From Chiloscyllium plagiosum (Eukaryota), in assembly GCF_004010195.1 (NCBI RefSeq), contig NC_057719.1:23899629-23963628 (forward strand): a stretch of 64,000 bases of DNA, read 5' to 3'. The notes beneath the pieces were generated by a model. The model ran no database searches. It had not been told where the DNA came from and saw only the letters and a list, made by a program, of their open reading frames with translations. Positions 52,301 through 64,000 of the stretch are shown in pieces (within the stretch, counting starts at the first letter, position 1; each line of letters opens with the position of its first letter). The position numbers and the translations under genes were made by a program.

Positions 52301-53169
52301 TATTTTTGATTTTCAGGAGCTACCTTTTGGGTTTTGGGGCCTCCTTTTCATGCTTATTAACTCATTATAAGTGATGCAGTCATGTAGTAGCACTGTCTTC
52401 AGTATTTGTGTTGACATATGCATTCTTTCAAATGCATTCATTCATGGAACATGGGCATTGATGGCTAAGGTAGCATTTATTACCCTCCCTAATTTCCCCT
52501 GAGAAGGTGATAATGAGTTGACTTCTTGAACTGCAGCCATCAATCTGATGCCGGTACACAAACAGTGCTGTCAGGGAAGGAGTTCCAGGATATTGAGCCA
52601 GCGATAATGAAGTAATAGTGATATAATTCTGGCACAGGATAGTGTGTACATTGGAGGGCAACTTGCCAGTAGTGGACTCAGACAGAAGCAGATTCAGAAG
52701 AATACATCACTATCCTCAACAGTTACTATCCTCCTAATAAACTTAAAGCCACAACACACAAGGAAAACATTACTTTTGGACACCAGAGTATTTAAATTGA
52801 CATAAGAGAATGGGCAAAATTTCTACAAGTTTATTTTTAATTACTGACATACAAAGAAATCCACAGCCTGAAGAGATCACAGCTCGTGCATTTCCACTCA
52901 TATATCAATGCAGCTGACAGGTTTTAACCAAGCAGTTACTACACCTTTTATTGCATCTCAAGTCTCTATTTCAGAATTAATTTTAACAATTGGCACACTG
53001 TTCAATACAGTAGAAGAATCCATAGTTGCTTCTGGACATAGGCAGCCTTAAGCTAGAGAATCTACAGTCATTTGCAAGGAATTCATTGTGATTTCAAGTT
53101 TCCTTAAGTCTCAGTTAGCTGAATATTCTTTTGTTTACAGGTTTAAACTTTCTTTCTCCTTTGTATCAG

Positions 53170-53405
53170 AAATGCCTGGACTCAGATGCCCCAGCTTAGG
53201 ATACCCCCATTCTCAGACATCCCTAAACTCAAACATCTCTGGCCTTGGCTTCCCCAGAATTGATAAACTTCTGGTCTCTACCCAACCTAGCCTTAGACAC
53301 TCCAGGCCTTGGACATCCCAGCCTCAGACCACCACAGCCTTAACTATCCGAGCCTCAAGCCCAACTGGCCTTGACGCAGCACTGGCAAATGGCATCCCTG
53401 GCAGT
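53170..53405. repeat. Degenerate ~15-16 bp minisatellite (gcctcagacatccca-like)
   Basis: Recurring gcctt/gcctc-agac-atccc units. Confidence 0.5.
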
Positions 53406-53949
53406 TAATTCCTTTCCTTCTTACTTGCCTTGCTTCTATTCCTCCAATTTCAAGCTCTCATGTTTACTCCCTACCTCTAAAGTAGAGAGATGCAAAGTTG
53501 CCCATCCATGGAGTGATTTCTCCTCATCTAATATGAGTGACCCTTAATTTTAGAATAGGGGCCCTAGTTCTGGACTCACTCACAAGAGGAAATGTTCTTT
53601 CTACATCCATTCAGGAACCTAGAATCCATCAGTGAAGAGACTACACCCCTTTGTGCAGCAGTCACAGTATTGTTGTCTGTGATTTAAATATTCAGCAGCA
53701 CAGCTTACCATTTCCCCAGTTCCTGTTGAAGGCTACCAATGTAAGCTCGAAGGGGCTGCCATTTTACCAATAAGTCAAATAAGTCATATTGTCAAATTAT
53801 ATAAAAGTCACATACATAATTTCAAACTTAATATTTCATGAATATTTGTGAGCACCATTTACAGAAGGGTTGCATGTTCAAGGAGACAGTCCACCACAAC
53901 CTTCTGAGGTAAGCAGTGTTAACCATGCAGCACTCTCATTTATGAATGT

Positions 53950-54308
53950 TGTGGATACAAATCCCACTCAAAGGATTTGAACATAAAAGGAGGAGCTGAA
54001 CATCTTCAGCTGCTGCAGGAGTGCTGCACTGTCAGAGTTGCTGTCTTCTGAATATGAAGATAAACTGAGATCTTTACCACCCTTTCAGATGAATGTGGGC
54101 ATTCCCCTGGCATTACTTGAAGGAGTTCCTGACCGATCTTTATCCATTAACCATACACTGCTAGCAACAAATTATCTAATCATTCTCATATTGTTGTTTT
54201 ATGTGTGCATAGATTGGCTGCCACATTCTTACATTGTAACAATGATAACAAGTATCTCATTGGCTGTAAAGTGTTTGAGATATCTTGGAATCACGAATAG
54301 TGTTATAT
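53950..54308 (+). mobile_element. Ancient Deu-domain SINE (SacSINE1/AmnSINE-related)
   Basis: gagtgctgcactgtcagagttgctgtcttctgaatatgaagataaactgag resembles the Deu core; tail cattggctgtaaagtgtttgagat. Confidence 0.6.
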
Positions 54309-54309
54309 G

Positions 54310-55730
54310 ATGAGGTGAGAGTGCCAGTCCCTGATGTCAAGGCTACGTTTAACTGAGTGTGGCATCGTAGAATCCTAGCAAAGCTGGAATCAATGGGAAT
54401 CAAGCGGACTATAAACCGTGGGCGGCACGGTGGCACAGTGGTTAGCACTGCTGCCTCACAGCGCCAGAGACCCGGGTTCAATTCCCGCCTCAGGCGACTG
54501 ACTGTGTGGAGTTTGCACGTTCTCCCCGTGTCTGCGTGGGTTTCCTCCGGGTGCTCCGGTTTCCTCCCACATCACAAAGATGTGCAGGGTCAGGTGAATT
54601 GGCCATACTAAATTGCCCGTAGTGTTAGGTAAGGGGTAAATGTAGGGGTATGGGTGGGTTTCGCTTCGGCGGGTCGGTGTGGACTTGTTGGGCCGAAGGG
54701 CCTGTTTCTACACTGTAATCTAATCTAATCTAATCTAAACCATTGCTTACAGCCATACTGGGTACATGGGAAGATGTTTTTGATTATCAGAGATCAATCA
54801 TCTCAGCTCCAGGACATCTCTGAACAAGTTCCTCAGGGTCCTAGGCCCAAACATCTTCAGCTGCTTCATCAGTGACTGTCCCTCCATCATAAGATGGAGA
54901 TATTTGCTGATGATTGCACAATGTTCAGCACTACTCAACTCCTCAGATACTGAAGCAGTTCCAGTCCAAATGCAGCTAGACCTGGACAATGCTTGGGCTT
55001 GTACAGAAAAGTCACAACTATAATTCATGCCACACAATACTGGACAATGACTATCTCCAGTAAGAGACAATCTAATGGCAACTTCACTATCAATATCCTG
55101 GAACTTACCATTGGCAAGAAACTGAACTGGACCAACCATATAAATACTGTGGTTACAAGAGCAGATCAGAGGCTAGGAGTACTGCAGTGAGTAATTCACC
55201 TGCTGACTCCAAAAGCCTGTCCACCATCTACAAAATACAAGCCAAGAGTATGATGAAATATTCCCCACTTGTCTTGATGGGTGCAGCTGCAGCAACACTC
55301 AAGAAGATTAACATCACAGGACAAAGCAGCCTGCTTGATGCGCACCTCACTCATTCCCTCAACTCATTCCTGATGCTCAGTAGCAGCAACATATACCATC
55401 CACTAGATGCGCTGCAGAAATTCACCAAAAATGCTGAGTCAGCACCTTCCAAAACCACAACCATTTCCATCCAGAATGACAAGGGCAACAGATATATAGG
55501 GATGCCACCACCTGCAAATTCCCCTCCAAGCCTCTCACCATCCTGACTTGGAAATACTTTGCTGTTCCTTCAACTCAAGATTCTGGAATTTCCTCCCTTA
55601 TGGCATTGTGAGTCTACCTAGAGCACATGGAGTCCAGCAGTTTGAGAAGACAACTCACCACCACCTTCTAAAGGACAAGTGGGGTTGGGCAAGAAATACA
55701 GTCCCAGTCAATGAAGCCCATGATTAAACA
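54310..55730 (+). mobile_element. Old CR1/L2-group LINE RT and 3' end, interrupted by a SINE
   Basis: DVKATFN*VWHRRILAKLESMGI, VPQG..LGPNIFSCFISD, IFADDC and LSTIYKIQAKSMMKYSPL. Confidence 0.8.
54420..54738 (+). mobile_element. Full-length young HE1/V-SINE
   Basis: A box tggcacagtgg, B box ggttcaattcc, V-domain gtgtggagtttgcacgttctccccgtgtctgcgtgggtttcctccgggtgctccggtttcctccc, CR1-like 3' end and (taatc)n tail; taaacc on both flanks. Confidence 0.93.
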
Positions 55731-55868
55731 AAAATCATGCTCTTTTATTTCTAGGAATGTTCTAGTTCCTAAGAATGACCAAACAATGTAGTCTTGTCAG
55801 ATTAGTCCATAACCTGAAACCAATACTGTGTGATGAGACTATAATATATCTCCTTTGTGTTTATCTGT

Positions 55869-56140
55869 TATTAGATTACTTACAGTGTGGAAACAGGCCC
55901 TTTGGCCCAACAAGACCCACTGAAGTACAACCCACCCAGATCCATTCCCCTACACCTAACACTACGGGCAATTTAACTTGGCCAATTCACCTAACCTGCA
56001 CATCTTTGGACTGTGGGAGAAAACCCACACAGGCATGGGGAGAATGTGCAAACTCCACACAGTCAGTCGCCTGAGGCGGGAATTGAACCCAGGTCTCTGG
56101 TGCTGTGAGGCAGTGCTAACCACTGTGCCACCGTGCCACC
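55869..56140 (-). mobile_element. HE1/V-SINE, inverted relative to the 54420 copy
   Basis: Reverse-complement match with small deletions. Confidence 0.9.
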
Positions 56141-56566
56141 CAATTTGAGATATTCATTTCAAAAAAATAGTGTGTGCGTTTCTGTTGGGTTAAACAAAAT
56201 ATACAGAAACAATTTGCCGATATTGACTAAAATGTTTAAATGTTACATTTTGAAGTAAAATGTTTTCCATTAAATTAATTTAGTTTTTCACATATTGCTT
56301 GATAACTATGGCTACTAAAACTCTATCAATACCCATTTTAAAAACTAATAATGTAACTAACACTTTGCACAAGAAAATTCCAACTTTCCACCATTGTGTC
56401 AAAAAGAGTTTGCAAGTTGCATTCTTGAATGATTTAGCTCTAATCTTTTCAACTGTGCTGTAGTCCTACACACCCCATATCTGTGGAAGTAGGTTCTCTT
56501 AATCTACCATATCTGTTCCTCTTAATATTTTGTAAACTTTGATCAAACCAATGCTTAACCATCTAA

Positions 56567-56719
56567 ATTAACATTCCTGATGAAGGGCTTATGCCCAAAA
56601 CGTTGACTCTCCTACTCCTTGGATGCTGCCTGACCTACTGTACTTTTCCAGCCTCACACTTTCCTCTTCACAGAAGCTGCCAGATCTGCTGAGCTTTTCC
56701 AGCAACTTCTGTTTTGTTC
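56567..56719 (+). mobile_element. Composite Penelope pLTR mini-insertion in an old CR1 fragment
   Basis: Exact 13-bp TSD cttaaccatctaa (56554-56566 / 56720-56732); hammerhead with GAAA mutated to AAAA. Confidence 0.82.
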
Positions 56720-58321
56720 CTTAACCATCTAATCCCAGGGAATACTACAATAGTTTGTGTAGCTCTTCTTATAGCTAAATCTTCATAGTACAGGTATCAA
56801 TCTATTAAATCAACACTGCATTTACTCTAAAGCTAATGTAACCTTCCTAAGATGGAATGTCCAGGACTGCTTCCGATATTTCGGATTTACAGTTGATGGA
56901 ATTATTGTATCCATTTCAAGACTGTTTTAATACTGTTTTTATTACCCAAAAAATAACATCTCAGCTTCCAACATCTAGAAGTTATATTTGTATCACAGCA
57001 GGTGAGCCAAACTAATGAGTTTTTTTTCATTTGATTCTATATGGCTCGAATCAATTCAATACTTTGAACCGCTCATGTAAAAGTTTTATAACAAAATGAA
57101 AAAGATAATCATTGTACTTGTGTTCTCTTATGTGTCTTTTTCACTCATGCCTTATATTTAATTAAACTTTCTCCATTTCTTTAATATTGCTCTTTCTCCT
57201 CTCGGTTTCTGATATTAGGGGAGCTTGTGATTCATTAGATGTGAAAATGGATTTAAAGACTCCTCGGTGTGATATTTTACTGACTCATTCCTTAAGCCTC
57301 ATGCTCCCAATTAATTTTTGAGCTGGGAGGGTGAGAAATTTTGATATAATTATAAAGAAAGCTTACAGCATCCTGAATACTCAAGCTGAATGCTGATAAC
57401 TTCGTGTCGCCTATGACAATTGTTTCTTTCTGCTCAATTGACAAAGCTATTGTCAAAGATTCCCATAATTTAACAACAGCCAGATTAGTAAATTGGCTTC
57501 CTGCCTCACTCAAATAAAGCTGTCTATTATTGTCAGTTGCCTTTCATCTTGTTATCTAAACAACAACCAATAGATTTCAAAAATGAGCTGCTATAATTGT
57601 AACAGAAACAGTGCATTGAACAACCATGTAAACTGCAATGTGTGCACTGAGAGGCTGATTAAAAGCAACACCTCTTTCTTGACTTGTACTCGATAACTAA
57701 AATGTGTCCTTGAATAGACTGTTTCACACAAACCATTGACTTACCCAGTGAGGACACAGGACATGTCTTCTAAAGAAGAGAGATAGTTTGGACCTATTAA
57801 GGAATAGGTTACCTCAGTGTAAGGAGTTTAACTTGAAAATTTCAGATCAGAAGCATTTGGTTTAATGCTGAAAGAGTTATTTGAAGCTGCCAGAGTCTAA
57901 GCCCAGTTGTATGAAAACTTAAGAATGGACCAGTAAGATTCTCAGGATTTTAAGTTGATGCTGGTGTGAGTACTGTAAAGGGACACTTTTGAGATTAATA
58001 AGATTACATTTTATCAAGTGTTTCAAAATTTTTAAACTTGCCTTCTGTGTGGATGGCTTGGTGTATTCTATTTTACCTTCATTTCTAATGTGTAATAAAC
58101 TTCTGTTGTTTCATTGTTAAAACCAAAGCAGCAGTAGTAAGGGCTTGTGTTTCACCACTTGCCCAATACTAACATCAGCAGGGATTATAATAATTCGAAT
58201 AGAATGTAAAGCTGTATGAGTTAGAAACAGGAGAATGTTGCTCAGTCATAATACTTATTTGGATAACTGGTGTGGACACAATGGGCTAAATGGCCTCCTC
58301 CTGCATTACAACAATTCTGTG

Positions 58322-60350
58322 ATTCAGGGGCCCAGACACACCTTCCATGTCAAGCAGTGTTATACCTGTATTTCACCAACCCAGTCTGCCGTACTTATCT
58401 CTCACAATGTGGTCTCCTCTACACTGGGGAACTGAAGCGTAGACTTGATCAGTACTCTGTCCAGAAAAATGACCCTAAGCTTCCAATTGCCTGCTACATC
58501 AACACACCACCTTGTTCCCTGGCCAGTATCTCTGTCTTCAGCTTGCTGCAATGCTCCAGAGAAGCTCAGCGCAAACTGAAAGCACATCACCTCATTTTCC
58601 ACTTGGGAACTCTACAGCCTTCTGGACTTAATATTGAGTCGCACAATTTTAGGGCTTCAGGCATTTTCTCCCATGTCCTTACCCCATCTCATACAGTAGG
58701 CCTTGTTATCACAAAGTCCGCTATTAGTTGTGGTTGTGGAAAGAATTATGACTATTCGACAAAACATAGTGTGATTAAAGGCAGTCAGCATGGCTTTGTG
58801 AGGGGCAGGTCATGCCTCACAAATCTTATTGAGTTCTTTGAGGAGGTGTCAAGACAGATCGACAACGGTCAAGAGGTGGATGTGGTGTATATGGATTTCA
58901 GCAAGGTATTTGATAAGGTTCCCCATAGTAGGCTCATTCATAAAGTCAGGAAGTATGAGATACAGGGAGATTTGGCTATCTAGATTCAGAATTGGCTGGC
59001 TGACAGAAGGCAGAGAGTGGTGGTTAATGGAAAGTATTCTGCCTGGAGGTCAGTGTTGAGGGCAGTCCCGCAGGGCTCTGTTCTTGTGCCTCTGCTCTTT
59101 GTAGTTTTTATAAATGACTTGGATGAAGAGGTTGAGGGGTGGGTTAGTAAATTTGTAGATGACACAAAGGTTGGAGGTGTTGTCGATAGTATACAGGACT
59201 ACTGCAGGCTGCAGCGCAACATAGACAGGATGCAGAGCTGGGCTGAGAAATGGCAGATGGAGTTAAACTTGGATAAATGCGAAGTGATGCATTTTGGAAG
59301 ATCGAACTCGAATGCTGAATATAGGATTAAAGACAGGATTCTTGGCATTGTGGAGGAACAGAGGGATCTGGGTGTGCAAGTACATAGATCCCTCAAAGTT
59401 GCCACACAAGTGGATAGGGTTGTTAAGAAACCATATGGTGTTTTGGCTTTCATTAACAGGGGGATCGAGTTTAAGAGCCGTGAGGTTTTGCTGCAGCTCT
59501 ACAAGTCCCTGGTGAGACCACACTTGGAATATTGTGTCCAGTTCTGGTTGCCCTACTATAGGAAAGATACAGAGGGTTTGGAGAGGGTGCAAAGAAGGTT
59601 TACCAGGATGCTGCCTGCTCTGGAGGGCTCATCTTATGAAGAAAGGTTGAATAACAGACTTTTCTCTCTGGAGAGAAGGAGGAAGAGAGGAGACCTGATC
59701 GAGGAGTACAAAATAACGAGAGGAATAGATAGAGTCAATAGCCAGAGACATTTTCCCAGGGCAGGATTGACTGGTACGAGAAGTCATAGTTTGAAGATAT
59801 TAGGAGGAAGGTATAAAGGAGACATCAGAGGTAGGTTCTTTACACAGAGAGCTGTGAATGCATGGAATACGTTGCCTGTAGTGGTGGTGGAAACAGAGTC
59901 ATTAGGGACATTTAAGCTACTGCTGGACATGCACATGGATAGCAGTGAGTTGAGGGGTGCGTAGGTTAAATTATGATATTTTACATTAGGATTAAGTCTT
60001 GGCACAACACAGTGGGCTTAAGGGCCTGATCTGTACTGTACTTTTCTATGTACACACCACCCAGCATTAGCTACTAATAGTCCCCATTTGCAGCCATTCA
60101 TTCTCCTAGGATGACTGCGATCCACTCCTTTGTCTGTCCAATTGTTTTTCTCTCACTTTGGGCTCTATCTCCTCCTATTGTCTACTCCTTACCCTCTCCC
60201 CACACCCTACCTTCTGCATAAAAAAACAACTTTTTCCTGGCTACCATCAGTTCTGAAGGGTCACTGGACCTGAAATATTAACTTTGATTTCTCTTCACAA
60301 ATGCTGCCAGGCCTGCTGAGATTTTCCAGCAATTTCTGTTTTTGTTTTCT
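58322..60350 (+). mobile_element. Penelope-like fragment (58322-~58725, ~60050-60350) split by a CR1
   Basis: QGPRHTFHVKQCYTC..CGLLYTGELKRRL..HHLIFHLGTLQPSGLNIE (GIY-YIG region); the pLTR with decayed hammerhead at ~60249-60283 resumes after the CR1. Confidence 0.8.
58728..60049 (+). mobile_element. 5'-truncated CR1 LINE with largely intact RT frame
   Basis: SQHGFVRGRSCLTNLIEFFEEV and a 315-aa ORF (59017-59964) with FVDDTK and LVRPHLEYCVQFW; ttctatg tail. Confidence 0.95.
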
Positions 60351-62528
60351 TCACTGTGACTTGGCAGCTGGTAACAGTGACTTAAGGTTTTGGAAGCAGG
60401 GAAACAACTAATACATCACTAATCTGGTTTCTTCATTTGAATTGATCATTCCTTCCAAAACAAGCTGAGAATCCAACCCTTTTGTAAGCCAATATGTTAA
60501 TTCAGACAAAACTAACATGCAATTAAGTAAAATATTCAACACAATTACACCAAATAGATAATTTCACCAACAAATCAGGCAAAGGAAGGAAACAAAATTA
60601 TAGGGAAACTTAGCTTTCTAAAGTGGACATAGAGACTGGGATTTTAACTGAAGTGCATGCAAGATACACAGTAGTAATCTATTTGGAATCAAACAGGATT
60701 TGTGGTGCAAACAATAAAACAGTTCAATTTGAAACCATAATGAAAACATCTTCACCAAAATATGTTAAAGTGACCCTTTAGATAAACAGAATATTTGCAA
60801 CACAAACAGTGGCTATTAATCTAGCTATCTTTTCATTGTGTGTACAGAATAAAAACTGGACACTTCAAATAAAACAATCCTGCTTTCAGATTAAATCTGT
60901 TCTATATTTCATGGGAAGTATAATCTAAGAACTTCAAGGAGTCAAGCTCCCAATTGTAAAACATAAATATGCTTCAGTAACCTGACTCAGGCAAATGCAA
61001 AGAATTCAGAGCAGGGTCACACTGAGCTGTTGGTAATGCAGACCCTGTCTATTTTCCATCATGGGAAAATCAACTCATTATTAAGTTCAACAACTTGAGG
61101 CAGATATAACTCTCAAAGTAAAAAAAACATTAGTACACATTTGTTTGATGACTGATTAAAGCACATTTCATAACACATTTATGCTATACATTATAGTGAT
61201 GTTCTGACTATAAGACCAATTAACAAATTAAACATTGATCAATAAGTATTCAAAATAAATTGAATTCATTAAACTGTGGGTAATTATGGAGTGCCATATT
61301 TTTAAAGCATTTATCTCAAGTTAATGATATATTTCAAATATTGTCTTGCTCTCTTCTTTAACGGTCTAATTTACTTTGATTAACTCCCATTGTCCAAGTT
61401 ACATGTTGAGTTTTTAACACAGAGAAAACAAATTCAATTGTTATCAAAGAAAAGTTCTAATTTTTTTCCTGAGATATGATGGAAAAAAAACAGTATGCAG
61501 AAGAGAATTTAAAGTGACGGTTAATTTCTTTTTAACAGAAACAACACATTCTTTTCAGTCATCTTGAAATCTTGAGGTCAATAGTCAATTATTACATTGT
61601 GAAATAATGTGCAGTAGATTTTACTGCTGACTCGGCACTTAACTAGATAAATGTTAAAACTGATTTTAGCCAAGTTAACTTCTTGCATCTTGCATATTTT
61701 AGTGTTTTTTTTTATCTTTATTTGTCAAATCAAACTTGTATTTAAAGTTTGGGAATTGACAATATGGGACAGTCTTAACTTTGGAGAAGTGTTAATTTTT
61801 ACCAGTAATAAGAATCCAGCAAATGCAAAAGAGGATTAAAAAATGAAGCAGGCTATTCCACCAAAAGATAGTCCATTTTAATTTCAAATGTAAAGTTGTC
61901 TCTGCCAATTACAAATGAAGTACATTGAGCATGAACAATTATTTTGTGTTTTATTTTGGTATGTACACCAATTTTCATCAAAGCACAAGCTTTAATTTTT
62001 TGTTGGGATTAAAGTTCCAATAATGTCACTAACAAACCTTGTGAAGCTATGCTGCAGTGTTCCATAGTATTGATTGTACTCTTTTAAAATTCATGACTAC
62101 TTGCATAAGAGTGAAATTTATAACAATTGTTAAAAAGGAACTATGATCTAAAGAACAGATGGAATGTATAACTTTAGTCAATTAATTGTATTTGTACACA
62201 CTGAACACTCGACATCCAATGATAAATCCAATTAAAGTCATCAATCGCTAGGAATTGACAATCCATTTTCAATGTCAATGAAGTGGTGGAGAATTGTGCT
62301 CCTCTCTTCTAAGACCCGATCCTATTTCACTGACTTGAGGTATCCTTTTGCTCCACCTCTACATTGTCAGGTCCTACCTCTAATGGTGAGGTTACTGCTC
62401 TTTCAGACCAATAGGATTTCCTATTGGCCCACCATGATTCCAAAGTTTGGGTTTTCATCCAAAAAGAAATTAAAATTTCAGCCATCCTGTCTTAAAAGTT
62501 GATTATGTTTCAAATTTTAAATTAAACC

Positions 62529-62756
62529 TGTAGTAGTTAGAATGAGGTCAGCCAGGTGGACCTCATAGAGTATGAGTTCCCTGATTGGGGCTGTGAATCT
62601 GGTCCAACAGAGGGAGCCCTAGCAGTCAGATACAAACAGAAGTTCTGCTCACTCTCGGAGCCAGCCGTGAGCTAGCTGGGTCAGTGTTATGTACTATGTT
62701 CAAGCAAATAAATAGTGACTTGGTGACAGGATACCAGCCTACATGGAGTTATTTCA
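62529..62756 (+). mobile_element. Probable solo LTR (228 bp)
   Basis: TG...CA termini, internal AATAAA near the 3' end, flanks aaacc / aagcc (TSD with one mismatch). Confidence 0.6.
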
Positions 62757-62999
62757 AAGCCAATGATACCCTTTGGATAAACTTGATTAACTGAGACATA
62801 GACTTTTACACTTCAATTTAGTTCCAGTGAGGTGATGCTCCCAAATGTTGAATCAACCGATTTTCACAGCTTTAATTCTAGTTCTTTTATTGAAATTGTT
62901 GCTGATCAATTTACTTGTGGCTGTCTAAGAACTTTGTCCTGGGTAGGAAGTTATAAATTATCACTGTTATCTGAGGACATAGATTGAAACATGTTTACA

Positions 63000-63287
63000 G
63001 CAGAGGTTTTAGATTTTACTCCACCCCAGGACCTGAGCACACAAGACTGATACCCCCCGCAGTACTGAAGGAACACTTCACTATTGGAGTTGTCAACTCT
63101 ATGTTAAGAAAGTAAATTGAGGTCATGTCTGCCACATGATAGATCCCATGCCACTGTTTCAAAAATGAGTAAGGGAATATTATACCCAGTGCTTTGGCCT
63201 ATGTAGCTTCTCAAAAACAGATTATCTCGATATTTTTGTATTGTTTTTAGTGCAAACTTGCTTTGCATAAATTGACCGCTGCATTGG
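63000..63287 (+). mobile_element. Ancient Deu-domain SINE
   Basis: cagtactgaaggaacacttcactattggag..agatcccatgccactgtttcaaaa..cataaattgaccgctgcatt; parallels 53950-54308. Confidence 0.55.
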
Positions 63288-63439
63288 CTAATTCACCACT
63301 ATCTCAGCATGTCTCAGTATAGACCTATGTGCTGATACAGCTGAGTAGCTGAACTCCGAGGTGCAAAGGCAGGCAGACCTGGCATAAAGTGCAGAGAAAC
63401 TAATGTAGGCTAAAACACTTGGGTATAAAGAATTAGATT

Positions 63440-63870
63440 TGATAAAAGTTTGTGAGAAGATTTGTAGCTCGTGTGCTCGTTGTTGTGGTTCTGTTCGCCG
63501 AGTTGGAAATTTGTGTTGCAGACGTTTCGTCCCCTGTCTAGGTGACATCCTCAGTGCTTGGGAGCCTCCTGTGAAGTGCTTCTGTGTTGTTTCCTCCGGC
63601 ATTTATAGTGGTTTGTCTCTGTCACTTCCGGTTGTCAGTTCCAGCTGTCTGCTGCAGTGGCCAGTATATTGGGTCCAGGTCGATGTGTTTGTTGATAGAA
63701 TCTGTGGATAAGTGCCATGCCTCTAGGAATTCCCTGGCTGTTCTCTGTTTGGCTTGTTCTATAATAGTAGTGTTGTCCCAGTCGAACTCATGTTGCTTGT
63801 CATCTATGTGTGTGGCTACTAAGGATAGCTGGTCGTGTCGTTTTGTGGCTAGTTGGTGTTCATGGATACT
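63440..63870 (-). mobile_element. Penelope-like element 3' end (Poseidon-type)
   Basis: Minus strand IHEHQLATKRHDQLSLVATH..HEFDWDNTTIIEQA..REFLEAWH..INKHIDLDPIY (C-terminal half of GIY-YIG), followed by the pLTR. Confidence 0.85.
63518..63557 (-). ncRNA. Minimal type I hammerhead ribozyme motif
   Basis: Minus strand: GCA-CTGAGGA-T-GTCACCT-AGAC-AGGGGAC-GAAA-CGTC-TGC. Confidence 0.82.
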
Positions 63871-64000
63871 TGAGTCCAGATTCGATAGAACCGCAAATGG
63901 TCAGTCGGCACTCCAGCAGTAAGTTCAATCTTTAACAGGAAAATGTAGAAACACGTACTTGGACAATACAAAACCCAGGCTATGAGGCTACTAAATTAAA

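Noticed and set aside
54420..54495. tRNA-like sequence
   Set aside because: It is the SINE head, not a tRNA gene.
58270..58983. 237-aa ORF apparently fusing GIY-YIG and CR1 RT sequence
   Set aside because: Chance in-frame junction where a CR1 inserted into a decayed Penelope; no real start context, and a stop falls inside the RT.

Overview
Vertebrate genomic DNA, almost certainly from a cartilaginous fish (shark). This is inferred from HE1/V-SINE-type and Deu-domain SINEs, shark-type CR1 LINEs and abundant Penelope fragments. There are two spliced protein-coding genes, both on the + strand. (1) The last three exons of galactocerebrosidase GALC (2961-3124, 7822-7898, 8980-9123), none shown in the ORF track. 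(2) A complete SERPINA/alpha-1-antitrypsin-like serpin (coding exons 27703-28357, 44857-45127, 46758-46905, 49681-49869; 420 aa; P1-P1' Met-Ser) with a liver-type proximal promoter. The rest is dense, often nested retroelement debris: CR1, an older CR1/L2-group LINE, Rex1/Babar, Penelope, Gypsy including a Gmr1-like relic, SINEs, a Tigger-like MITE and a solo LTR. The most notable hidden structure is a series of minimal hammerhead-ribozyme motifs carried by Penelope pseudo-LTRs. Some sit in 150-190 bp non-coding units flanked by 13-14 bp target-site duplications, and one intact sense copy lies just downstream of the serpin poly(A) signal. There is also a ~98%-identical 256-bp inverted duplication at 20080-20894. 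Repeat boundaries were read by eye and are approximate unless a TSD is quoted.
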